This document shows positions 1 through 12,665 of a stretch of 64,000 nt of DNA, one piece after another; within the stretch, counting starts at the first letter, position 1; each line of letters opens with the position of its first letter. Position numbers and translations under genes: made by a program. The notes below the pieces were generated by a model. That model saw only the letters and a list, made by a program, of their open reading frames with translations. It did no database searches and was not told the origin of the DNA. The DNA is from Camelus ferus. Taxonomy: Eukaryota. Location: the NCBI RefSeq assembly GCF_009834535.1, contig NC_045697.1, positions 21,764,001 through 21,828,000 of the forward strand, given 5' to 3'.

Positions 1-289
1 TTTAAAATATTATCTTCATATAGTTGCTAAGCAGAGAGGAATCAAGAAGCCTTTTGTCTACAAAGGCCCATGAAATCCTTACAGTTGAGTTAATCCAGCT
101 CAATTCACTGAGATGGGAAACCACTAAGACCAGTGGTTTAGGCTAGTATCTTCTTAAACACTTGCTTCTCAGGACATTGATGTTATTTTCAAGTAAAATA
201 AAATAAAAAGCGAAGGTGTTGTTTTGTGAACCAACATTTGAGGAATGCAATGTTAAACAAGGCTTAATAGGTTCCAGTACCTAAGGTGT

Positions 290-319
290 TAATATAAATG
301 GAAATTTCCATTTATATTA
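290..319. repeat. Perfect 30-bp spacerless palindrome
   Basis: TAATATAAATGGAAA|TTTCCATTTATATTA; the right arm is the exact reverse complement of the left arm. Confidence 0.97.
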
Positions 320-1039
320 TAGATTTAATTAATAGGATTTCCCAAAAGAATTTTCCCTAAGAACCCTGTGTTCAGGGTTCATGCCTCTACCTGAGTCGCA
401 CCTACATCATGCTTCTGTGGAAGAAAGATTAAGGTATTAAACAGATATAAAATACGAGCTGTCATTTTGAGACATGCTGTTGTAAACTAATGAACAATGG
501 ACAATTTCCAGAACATTTTCCTCTTCATGTCTTTCTCGGTAATTTGTACTCATGATCTCTTGGCTAAAGGTACAGAAATGTGGAATCCTTGCCCTCTCTT
601 CATTATTCTATGTACCCACACATTTACTTAATGCTTAAATGAAAAGAAAAAAATTGAATATTAAATAGATATTAAATTGCAACATTAATTTTAGTTGTTA
701 TGTAATCTGAAAAGTATTAACATGAAAATTATATAAAAAGATGTATGAATTTAGTTTCTATTTTGATGGAATAAACCAAAATCTATAGGATCTTATATGA
801 AAAACACAAACTAAATAAACAATACAAAATATTTCACTCTTACTCTTCACCCCCTTAAGGCAATGATTTTACTGTGTTTAATATGCAAATACCTCTCATT
901 TTTATGAATGCCTGCAAAATAGGTATGTGTATATAACAATTAAGGTGTAAGTATTATGTGTATATAATAATCTTAATGATTTATTAAAATATATACAAAA
1001 TATTACTAATTAAGAAATGCTGAATTATTTTCCCATATG

Positions 1040-1620
1040 AAGAGAGTTTTTAAATCACTATCTTTTATGAACCTTTTCTAATTTTGCTAATAACAGAAAT
1101 TAAGAAATACTGTTTTCTTTAATTCCATTTCTCTGATTACTAATTATTTGGACTATCTCTTAACATAATTGTTAGTTTTTGTATTTCCTTGTTTGTAAAT
1201 TGCCTGTTCATAATTTTTTCTATTTGTCCACTGAGACTGGTATCTTTTTAACTTTTATTTGCAGGAATAAATTGTTGATTCCAGATATTAATTCTTTCTT
1301 GGTTTCAAACATTGCAAATATTTTTTCCCACTCTGTAGCCCACCTATTATCTTTGTCTACAATATTCTTCATTTAGCAACAGTGATTAATCATATGAGAT
1401 AATTTAACCATTTTTTGCTTTGTGGCTTTTGTACATAAAATTTTTTAGATACTTTCCACCCCTAGGTCACAGAGATACTCTGCAATACTTCTTTTATAAA
1501 CTATGCATTTTATTTTTCACCATTTTGTGTTTAATTCATTCTAGGTCTATCTTTGTGTGAGATATTATGTGATGATTAAAATGTAATGTTTTTACATTTA
1601 ACTGGCGCTGAGAGTCTATT
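1040..1620 (-). mobile_element. Old L1 (L1ME-like) ORF2 3' fragment
   Basis: T-rich, with typical antisense L1 phrases (ttccatttctctgattactaat, gcaaatattttttcccactctgtag, tttaattcattctagg). Confidence 0.65.
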
Positions 1621-4149
1621 AGAAAGTGATATTTTCTAAACACTGTTTTCAATTCACATACAGCCTTGCGACAGTGTATACATAGAACCTGACCTCCAGA
1701 GAAGATCACTTTTAAAAGTCCTCTTCTTCCATATGTCAAAATTATTTTAATTAATACACTAAACAAGGATAATAACTGTTTCCTTGATTAGTCAATGAAC
1801 AATTAATAATTTTCAAAGAATAAATCTGTTTTTAAAATATTATTCAAATTTAGTGAAATATTGCTTGCATGAACTACAATTTGACATACCAAACAAAAAT
1901 ACCACACCATATATTTTGTATTCTGTTTTTCTGAGTTAAAATTTAAACACAAATAAAAACTTCAAGAGGTCACACAGAAAGATGAAATTAAAGTAAGAGA
2001 AGTTCTGTTTCTTCGTCATTATTTTTCCTGGCTATCAGATTATTTTGAAGCTGCTGTCTAAACACAGAAATGGGATGCAGCACAGAGAGTGGAGACAAGA
2101 CTGACATCCAATGCAAGTGCGAACGATTCCAAACTGTTACTGAGTCTTTAAATAAATGTATGTAACCGAGTCCCAGAGTGTCACAAGCCAACTGTGTAAC
2201 TGGAGGTTCTTTGTATTAACTTCCATGCATCATCCAATGTTAATTAAAGAGTGAGTAATAAAACATAGACTGATTTGATGTTTACATAAATACTGAAATT
2301 CACAATAACCACAGCAAATGTTTACAGCTCAGCCCAAGAAAATATTTTTAGGAGACATACTTTATCACTGATATTATTCTGGATCACTGGTGCATGGTAA
2401 TGGAACACAGCAGGACAACATTTAGAGGGTTCGATTATAGCTTTTGAATTCTAACAGATAATGACTGTACCTACATGTTAGGAGCACTTGTGGACAGTAC
2501 CCTCCTGCCATGACTTGGCACAGCAGTGCTTCGAGATTAGAATCTGAGGTGCCAGTTCCAGGCCAAAGCATCATCCTATGTATGTCCCTATGGTCCCCAA
2601 GTTTAATTTCATGTTGATTGTGGAAGGTTTTGATCAGCAGTAATTTCTGTCTGTGACTCCAGTAAGATGACTCTCCCTGCTTCGGGATCTGTACGATTGG
2701 GAAGAGGCAAGGAAAGTAGACACCTCCACTCATCTCTATCTGGAAAGTTGCACCCCAAAATAGGAGTGTCACTTCATTTGTGATGATGTTGCAGTCTAGC
2801 CTGGCTGCCAAACAAACGAAAGTCCCACCTGGCTCTGTGGTGGGACTTCACAAGTTAAAAAGCCACAGAACATCTGGATTGGCTTAAGCATGAACAAGCA
2901 AAGGACCCCTGTCTAATGGAATGATTAAAAGTTTAAAGTGCTGTTTTAATTCAATCAATTAAAAGCATAAACAGCATGGGTCTGATTGAATCAATTTGAA
3001 GAATTACACAGCAGTCAATGTGCTCATCAGCAGGAGTGCAAAATTCATGTATCACCTACAAACAGCTTGAAATCTGTATCCTTCAATTAGACGTAGCAAA
3101 TAATCTTTTAGCACATTTCAGAAAGGTGACTGTTTTTGCAGAAGCAAAGGAAGGTGCTACACCAGAGGAATATGCTATTAGTTACCGCTAGCCCAGCTGG
3201 CATCCAGTTTGAACTATTTAACAAATACCGTATCTTGGTTATGAATAACTTTGTGCCCTTCATATTCCTCCAAATTTGATCTGAAGCATGCAAATATATT
3301 TCTATTACTTTTATGTAAAAAAATAGTATTTGAATATCAAGATGTAGTCTTAAAATACAACAACATGAAATAATAGCTGAAGGCAATGATAGTTTAAGAT
3401 AATCATAAAACCACTGAGGTAATTGTTGTATACCTGCTCACTATAGCAAGAATTTGCTAAAATGGATATTAATATTTACAGCTATAGCCAAATAAAGATC
3501 ATAGAGCCAGTGATAAAATTCAGCTTCCTAAAAAAGTTAATAAATATTCCATATTTCTAATGCACTCCCTTTTTTAACAATTCTGGGGTCTGACTATGAT
3601 GAATAGAATTGTTTGGAGAGGAAGAGATGGTTTCTATATAACTCTCACCACTTTAATTGAGCCAAGAACATCATACACTCAGGTGGGGAGGCCTGTTGGG
3701 GGGCAAGAGGGGAAACTAGTATGCACGCATTTTCAAGTGAAAAATATAAAATAAAATAAATCACACTAACCTGAGCACTTCCATTACACCAGCACAAAGC
3801 TTTATATATTCTGATTTCAAGGCTTGTAACAGCTTGTGTTCCCTTAACATATATCTGATTTAAAAAGCTTTAGAATGTAGGTACAAGTAAAGAAATGTTG
3901 GGTTCTTCTCTCCCTGTATTAAGTAAGACTACGCCAGTCTTCACCCTCATTTTTATTCAGGATGCAAACAGAAACCGTGATCCCAGATGGACTGCCAGGA
4001 GAAAAGTCTGTCCTAGAGTAAGAGCTCGGCTAATGTTACAATGTTAGTTACTATCTTTCAGACTTTATATCAAATTAATTTAGGATCATTAATTTCATTA
4101 TTACAAGTCCATAATAATTTATTGCAAACCCCTAGGGGTCCTATAAGTA

Positions 4150-4440
4150 TTTATCTATTCCAAGTATCTGGGGGAGTTGGATTTTATGAATTTTGGATTT
4201 CAGAAAGCTAATGAAGTTTGTGTGTGTGTGTGTGTATGTGTATACATATATGCTATAAACTGTAACATCTGCTTCATGCAGAGGTAGGGTGTAACATCCT
4301 AAAATCAAACAGACTGATGCTTCTGAAAAAAGAACATGTTAATAGTCAATCTATTTAGAATAATTTGTTTTTGTCACAAAATAAGTTGAATTTTTTTTTG
4401 AATTTTGAGAACATTTTGTGTTCTAGAGATATGGATCTAT
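4150..4440. mobile_element. Degenerate TcMar-Tigger-type non-autonomous element (MamRep434-like) containing a (TG)n tract
   Basis: gaattttggattttcagaaag...taacatcctaaaatcaaac...gagatatggatctata resembles the remembered consensus; TG repeat at about 4218-4243. Confidence 0.35.
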
Positions 4441-4444
4441 ACTC

Positions 4445-4590
4445 ATGACAACCTTTTAAGTTAAAATGATTCCACATGTACTGGAGCAATGCAGAAACAG
4501 GTCTGGAGAAGTGAAATAAAATCACTCAGCTGAGTAGTAATGAAGACAGGATTCAAACCCAAGCCAATTGGCTCCAAAGCCCACATATTT
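4445..4590 (-). mobile_element. MIR SINE
   Basis: gagaagtgaaat...cactcagctgagtagt...caggattcaaacccaagccaattggctccaaagccc. Confidence 0.65.
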
Positions 4591-5020
4591 TCTCCCTCCT
4601 CATCCTTCCCTCTCTGTGGTTAATACTACCACGATCATTTCACCTCTAAGGTCACCCAATCTCAGGGTTTTCTGACCGTAGGAGGAGGTGTTGTTTCACA
4701 ACATAAGTAGGAAAGAACAGGCAGCAATGCGTGTGGCATGTGCCCCAGCACGGAGCTCATCCCGATGATGCTCCTGCTGCACATGGTCTCACAGGGTATT
4801 CTCTCAGATCTGTAGCCCTGACATCCCAAATAGGCTGCACCGGAACTTCATACAGTTACCAATCATGGATTAAATGCACTGTTTGTGCCAGAAATGAGTG
4901 TCATATTTCAAAACACAGATGCCGGGATAATGTGTTCATGTCTCATTTATACCAGCAGCACTTAGTCTGCTGCATTGACCTGCACGAGAGGACACACTAG
5001 AGGGCACAAGTGAGTGCCCA

Positions 5021-5123
5021 TCAACGGGAAGAGGCAGGTAAACGAGTGCTGAGACGAATCTCTTCATCTGTGGGACCTGCTAATCGAAGCAAGGCTGTAG
5101 GAGCTGTGGCAAAATCTGATGAC
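5021..5123 (-). other. Candidate spliced terminal exon, gene unidentified
   Basis: Minus-strand acceptor tttctaaccatctacattacag| with a CTAAC branch motif; non-repeat, CpG-retaining sequence; all three frames stop within about 100 nt. Confidence 0.2.
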
Positions 5124-6874
5124 CTGTAATGTAGATGGTTAGAAATCAATGACTTGCAATGTATGACAATGCTGAATCTTACTGTTTATTTGAAGTAAAT
5201 GATAGGGGGGGAAAAAACACATGTAAATCTTCAAGAAAATAGTGTCAAGTAATTTAGAAGTACTTCACATCTTGTCACTCAGGATATTTTTGAGTCGTAA
5301 TGCACAAATTATAACTATATATTATGCAGCTAGTGAAAGCAGTTTTATTTAAGCTCATGCCACTACACTACTTAGAACAGCAAAAGGCCCTCCCATCCAA
5401 GATACAAAATAAAAATCATAAAATATCTATGCATACTGAAGTATCCCCATCAAGTTATTTAGAACAAAGATCATCACTGAAAACAATGTAAATGTAAATA
5501 ATATTTTAACAATAGAATGCAATTGTTAATGAACAGAACATAAATTTCTGCCAAGACATTCCACCATAAACAGGGTATGAATTAGGCTTTTGTAAGTAAG
5601 AAAGGGTCTACAAGCACCACTAAAGATCTTGCTTCAAACATTCTGAAACCACATTTCTCAAAGGTGCTATGAGTTAAAAGAGTATTTATTCCCACTGTGT
5701 TAGGTGTTTAGTATACTTACTGGTTTAACTGACTATTGAATAAGATTTTATTCTTAGTATAGGTAATCTTTTTATCAATAATCTCTCATAGCATCAAATA
5801 ATAGAAAGCTGGGCCATTCAGAGATAATTAAACACTTCATATTAATTGAATACAATAGATGTAATTATGCGTGGGACAATAAAAATTTTTTACATCACTG
5901 TGTTGTCGAATCAGAATGAATGAGTTGATTGTGCTTAAGTGTTATTCTTTTTCACCTATGTAAGACACAATACAAAGGAATCTTACTATCCTTTAGGGGT
6001 TTTATTCATTTTATCTTATAATCAAAGGGGACTGTCTCCTACCATGGTACTTTTGAGAGGCCAGAAGGTACGTTTATTGAACATGTGAATTAATTCACTA
6101 TTGTTCTTACTATGGTGAGATTCCATATTCACTATGGTTCTGTTTAGTCATGATAGCTCTTGGATTAGTTTTCATAGATGACTAATCATCAAAGGTTTAG
6201 ATGGTAAGAGTTACCTACTCTTCACATTTTCAATAGCATGATACAATGAGAGCACAATCAATATTTTTTAAACAAATAATTAGCAAATCAGGCACAGAGA
6301 AGAGCCTACAATTTGTTCTGTGAAGTTTTAGTTCTCTGAATTTTTAAGTTCCAGCCACACCTTGACAGAAAAGTTCACACAAGGCAAACACTGTAACATT
6401 CCAGAGGAAGGAATCTCTATCTTCTAGTCTGTATCAAGAAATGTAAATTCTTCTAAATCAATGGCTGGTCATGGCTAGAGTTAGGTAATAAGCTTTGGAT
6501 TACACCCCTAAGATTGAAGGTTACTAACCTTTTTTCAATCCTTCTCATGAAAGATTAACTTTTTTTTTTAACTTAGTAAGTCATTAGTTTAAAAAAAATC
6601 CATTTTTTGACATTTAGCATGCAAAAGAGTAAAATGCTAGTGGTTGTTGGATATCTACACAGTACCTGCTGCTGGATGGGGCCCTTTCTGATATGATATC
6701 TGCTGACAACCTCTTCACTGTTCTTTATTAGGAACCAGTTATGACTTAGCCTAAGTAACACACATAATGTTTTACTCCATATACTCTGAAGTCATTCAAA
6801 GTAAGTTACAGACACTATAGGATCCACATGATACTTTTTCTAATGAAGCTTATAATATGTACCTAGATAAGTGA

Positions 6875-9800
6875 AGTACTTCGGGAATGGAGGTGTGATT
6901 TGCTCCCCAGAAAATCAACCATAACTTGTGAAAATTATAAAAATCAACCATTAAAATCTCTGGGAACTTCCCTAAGGGCATACAGCAGAGACATGTTTAT
7001 GCAAGAAAGCTACTAAGTGTCTGGAAGAACAGAGACTTGGTGGCATTCAAGCCATGGCCCACTCTCTTTACCAGCTCCCTCAGGTCAGTGTGATGAGAGT
7101 TCTACTGTGGGTAGTGAGCACAAGAAGATGGGGATCTTCCTCTCCCACTTCCTCCTAGAATGACAGTTTCCCCCTAGAAAGGGCAGGCAACTGCATTTCC
7201 ACTGCCCCCAGCATTATGCTGTAGAAGCTCTATTCCAGGCAAGCACAACTGAAAGATCTGGGGCTCCTTTCTGATGCGCCATATCCACTTGTAGGGTGGA
7301 AGCTCCAGTCCAGCCATGGGAGGGCAAGGATACTAGGCCCCAGTCTGCCTTTCCCTGATTGTTCATAGCATAGATATTCCACACCGGGAGATACAAGCCA
7401 AGAAGACAAGAGGTTAGCACGTCCCCGCACTGCCCTGTGTTTAGAGGAGAGTTGTCACTCTAAGCAAAGCAGGCCTGTAATTCTGAAACACTGCCACAGA
7501 GATTCTATCCAGGGAAGCAAGCAAGTTCTAAGAACAGAAAGCTCTGTAGTTCTCCCAAAGAAGACTGATTTTATTTAGAATAGAGTGTGGGAAGTTTCAC
7601 CCTAATGATTCTTTCAGAAACAATGACGATTTTGGTGGTGAAAAATTAAGAAGAGACTAGTAGTTCCATGTTATCAAGAAGTGAAACGGTTGACCAAAAA
7701 TACATTTCATAGAGAAAAGCAGGAAAAGAGACAGCTAAGAAGATCCCTCCTGTGGTCGGAGAACACTGCAAAGACTGGCTACAAAAACCACCTCTGCAAA
7801 GAGCTTTGACTTTAGTTGGGCTAGAACATAGAGCAACTTCCACCGCAGGTCATTACTGGAAACAATAAAGCAGCCAACCACCACTCAGTGCGTGCTAGCA
7901 GCTTGGTGTGATGTCAGTGAAGGTTGGCCAGCGGAGGCTTAATAGAGAAATCAGAGAAAGAGATAAAGGGAGCCCAGCTGAAATCTCTCATTCCTCTGAG
8001 GTAAGGTGAGGAGGGGAAAGATGATTAAGATCACTGTGTGCATGCTAAGGCAGTGCCCTTTGACAAGTGATATCGGAAGCTGCACATCGCAGAGGAAATA
8101 GACTGCATTGAACATGTCAAGCCAACACAAGCCAACGTAAGCGAGCTAATGAATGACAAATTCAGGTCTCAGAGGTGGAATCACTATCTAGAATTGAAAT
8201 AATGTATTATCTCAAATGTTCAATTTTATACAAGAAATACAAGTCATGTAAAGAAAAATGACATTGTGACACATACATAAGAAAAAAACGGGTTTGAGAG
8301 AAATTGCCTTTGAGAAGGCCCAGGTAATAGACTTAGCAGACAAGAACTTCAAAGCAGCCATTATTAAATGTGTTCAATTAATTAAAGGAAACAATGCTTT
8401 AAAAATTAAAGAAAGTTACAATAATGATGTCTCATCAACTAGAGAATATCAATAAAGGGAAGCAAATTATTTTAAAAATCAAATAGAAGTTCTGGAGATG
8501 AAAAGTACAATAAAAAGAACAAAAAATTCACTAGAGGGGCTCAATAGTATATTTGAACTGGAAGATGGAAGAATCAGCAAACTTGAGTATAGATTGATAG
8601 AAATTATGCAATTTGGAGAACAGGGAGAAAAGAAGGGAGAAAAATGATCAAGCTTCAGAGAAATGCAGGACACCATTAATTGTCAAAATGTATATGTAAT
8701 AGGAATAGCAAAATGGAAAAATGGAAAAATATTTTAAGAAATAATTGCCAAAATTTCCCAAATTTGATGAAAAATATTAGTCTGTACATCCAAGCAGCAT
8801 AATGAAATCCAAGTAGGCTAAATACAAAGAGAACCACACCCAGCCACATCATAGTCAAAATGCTGAAAGACAGAGAAAATCTTTAAAGCAGCAAGAAAAA
8901 CGGAACTCATCAACGACAGGGGACCTCAAGAAAAATTAACAGCTGACTTTTCATCAGAAACAGCTAAGATCAAATGTAATAATATACTCACAACAGGGAA
9001 ACAATTGTTAACAAAGAATCATATCCAGGCACTTTATCTTTTAAAATTAAAGGTGAAATGAAGATTCCTACGTAAACAGTAAGTGAGAGAATTCATTGTT
9101 AGCAGACCAACTTTATAAGAAGTGCTTTTCTTTTTTTTTCTTGAAGGAAGCTTTTTAGACTGAAAGCAAATGACATCACAGTAATTCGACTTACACACAC
9201 ACAAAAGAGAATTAGCAAAGGTAATGATGAAGGTAATGGTAAAAGACTGTAGCATTGTATATTTCTCCTCTTTTTTGTAAATAATTTAAAAATAACTATT
9301 ATAAAGCAACATAAATATAACTGTATTGTTGGGCCTATAATATAGACAAATATATATATACATATATTTGACAATAACAATATAATATATCTGACAATAA
9401 CAAAATAAGATGGCAGGTGGAGCAAAGCTCTATGGTTTAAGAAAATGATAACCAGACAGTAACTCAAATCTACAAGAACAAGTGAAGAGAATAAGAAATT
9501 GAAACAAGCAAGTAGATATTAATACGTGTGTGTGTGTGTGTGTATTTGGTCTCCCTTCTTCTCTAAGCTTCATTAAAAGGTATAAAATAAATATACATAA
9601 ATTAATTATAACAGTATATTCAGGGGTTTGTAAAATAGATACAGGTAAAAGGTGTAATAATAGCACAAACGCAGGAGGAGGACATAGAGTTACATAGGGG
9701 TTTCATTTCTAAATCTCACTGAAATTAAGTCAGTATATATTTGAAGTAATTTCTGACATGTTAGGATGAACACTGTAAACCTTAGAGCAACCAGAAAGAA

Positions 9801-12117
9801 AATAACTAAAAAAAGTAGCAAAAAATATTGAAGGAATTAAAATGTTACATTAAAGAAGATTTACATGAAGCAAAAGACATCAGTTAAAAAGGAAAAAAAA
9901 AAAGAAATGGAGAGAAAAATTCAACCATATCAATAATAATATTAGATGAGAATGAATTAAATGATATAATAAAAAGGAAGAGACTGTTAGACTGGATATG
10001 TAAACAAGATATAATTATATGCTTCGTGCAGGAGACACACTTTATCATCAAAGAGTCAAATAATTTTATGTAGAAGGATGGCATGCTACATATAATGCAA
10101 ACAGTAAGTATAAAGTTGGAATAACTATTACATCAAAATAGAATTTGAAACAAAATGTGTTAGTAAAAGAGAAATATTTATAATGATCATTTACAATGAT
10201 AATAATAAAAAGTTCTACCTATCAGATGGAAATAACAACAATAAATATATATAAACCTAATAACCAGGCCACAAAATACATGGTACAAAACTGGACAAAT
10301 TAAAAGGAAATATAGACAGTTCAGAAATAATAGTCAATATCCCACTTTCAACAATGGATAGAACAAATAGCAGATGATCAACAGGGATATAGAAGACTTG
10401 AGCAACATTGTAAACCAACTAGTTCTTTCTGACATCTACAGAATACTCGACCCAAATGGCTGAACACAGTGTTTTTCTCATGCATGCCTGAAACATACTC
10501 AAAAGAAGACCACTTGCTAGGTCATGAAACATTTAAAGATACTTAAATCAAAAAAATGGGTTCTTTTAACAATAATTGAAATTACTTAAAAATATATAAA
10601 AGAAGAAAATTTTTGAAACAGCACAAATATGAGAATACAAAACAATACACTCCTAAGTAATAACTGATTCAAAGAAGAACTCACAAGGGAAATTATAAAA
10701 TACAATGAGATGAGTGAAAATGAAAACACAGTATATCAAAACTTAAAGAATGCAGTTTAAGCTGTTCTTAGGGGTAAATTTATAACTGTAAAAGCAGCTA
10801 TTAAAAAATGAAAAAAAGAAATAACTTAAACTTAGTAACTTAAACTTAAATCAATAACTTAAACTTCTACCTTAAGATGCTATAAAAAGAAAGGCAAACT
10901 AAACCTATAGCAAACAGAAGGAAGGAAATAATTTTAAAAAATAGAACACAAATTAATGATATTGAGAACAGAAAAGCAATAGGGAAAATCAATGAATATA
11001 AAAGATGGTTCTTTGAAAAGATCAACAAATTAAAGAATTAAAAAGATTATAAGGGAGTATCATGAATATATATATGCCAACAAAGTAGGTAACTTAGATG
11101 AAAGGAGCCCATTTCAATAAAAATGCAGATTACTAAAACTGACACAAGAAGAAATAGAAAATCTGAATAGATCGATAACAAGTAAAGTGGATTAGTAATT
11201 TAAAAAAATTTATCCTAAATAAATAATAAATAAGTAGCCCAGGCCCAAACTGCTTCACTGGTGAATTCTACAAAACGTCCATAAGATAATCAATATTGAT
11301 CCTTTACAAATTCTTTCAAACATAGAACCGGAAGGAACACTTTGCACCTATTTAGAATTACAGTGACAACAAAACCAAAGATATCACAATAAAATAAGCA
11401 CTCAGACCGATAACCTTTAGGAATGTAGATTTTTAAATCCTGGATAAAACGCTACCACTTTGAATCCAGCATCATATAAAAAGTATTTAACAGAGAAGAA
11501 CAAACCTGACTCCATAATGAACCTGTTCCTTTAGCTCTAATCTTTGTGCTCTGTCGCCTGTGCTTAGACATGCTGGCTCTGCACCTTTGTCTCTTCAATC
11601 AGTAAAAGAATGTTGCCTATAGCCTGCAATATACATAATAGTTCTTTCTCAAGACTCTGCCTCCCAGGCTTGACCTTTAAAGCCATAGCACTTTTTATTC
11701 ATATAGAGATCAAAAGCTGCAGTTCAGAAAATAACATTTGTCTTCTTAAAGGTTGTAAGGAACCTCTGCGAATGGCTGCACGAACAAAGAATTATCACAT
11801 ACAGAGTCTAGCCAGCACCAAGAGGTCTGCAACAATCAGCCACACCCCCTTCCTTTTTAATGTGAAAGAAGCCCACATTCTACCTCCGGTAAGATGGTTC
11901 TCTGGGAAATTACTCCCCTGTCTTCTTGCTCTGCTGGCATTCTGAATAAAATTGATATTCCTTGATCCAATGCCTTATCTCTCAATTTATTGGTTTGTCA
12001 TGCCACAAGTAGTCCAAGCTTGGACATGGTAATAGTATTATACACAGTGCCCTAATGGGATTTATCCCGTGGATGCAAATTTGGTTTAACATCTGAAAGT
12101 GAGTTAATGTAATATGG
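6875..12117 (+). mobile_element. Decayed L1 (L1MC/MD-like): 5' UTR, ORF1 remnant (about 8200-9120), long inter-ORF region, and ORF2 endonuclease to early RT (from about 9920)
   Basis: A-rich sense strand; ORF1 phrases (caagaacttcaaagcagcc, agctgacttttcatcagaaac); ORF2 start phrase ccatatcaataataatattagatgagaatgaattaaat; cttcactggtgaattctacaaaac; many stops and frameshifts. Confidence 0.9.
11487..12034 (+). mobile_element. ERV1-class solo LTR (MER41/MER4-group-like) inserted in L1 ORF2
   Basis: Interrupts the L1 phrase aaaagtat|tatacac; GTAT duplicated at 11483-11486 and 12035-12038; AATAAA near 11945; ends ggtaata (approximately GGTAACA). Confidence 0.8.
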
Positions 12118-12665
12118 TACCTTAAAGACTCTTATGCTCCACCTATTCATCCCTCTTTCCCACTAAACTCTGGCAACCACTGCTCTTTTTCCTGTCTTCA
12201 TAGTTTTGCCTTTTCCAGAATGTCATACAGTTGGAATCACACAGTAGGTAGCCTTTTCAGAATTTTTTTCTAACTTAGCAATATGCATTTGTGGCATCTC
12301 AATGTCTTTTTCGTTGATAATTCACTTTCATGGCTGAGAATTTCATTATATGGATGCACCACAGTTTGTCCATTTCCCTATTGGAGGATGTCTTGGTTGT
12401 TTCCAATTTTTGGAAATTATGAAGAAAGCTCCTTTAAAGATTCATGCTCAGGTGTTTATATGGATATACAGTTTCAATTCATTTGAGTAAATACCAAGGA
12501 GTACAAATGCTGGGTCATAAAGTAAGAGTATTTTTAGTTTTGTAGAAACAACTCAATTGTCCTTCAAGCTGACTGGACCATTTTGCATCCCTAGCGGCAA
12601 TGAGACGTAGCGTTGCTTGCCAGTGTTGCCACTGTTTTGGATTTTAGACATCCTAAGAAGTCTGT
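12118..12665 (-). mobile_element. L1 (L1MC-like) ORF2 end and part of the 3' UTR
   Basis: tggcaaccactg...ttttgccttttccagaatgtcatacagttggaatcacacagtagg; ggttgtttccaattttt; gagtaaataccaaggag. Confidence 0.85.

Noticed and set aside
2422..2811. 129-aa minus-strand ORF
   Set aside because: Non-ATG start, no recognisable domain and no clear splice context; its length is within chance for six frames of 64 kb.
8200..12117. L1 ORF1/ORF2 as functional coding sequence
   Set aside because: No sense ORF survives in the L1-derived part; many stops, indels and an LTR insertion.
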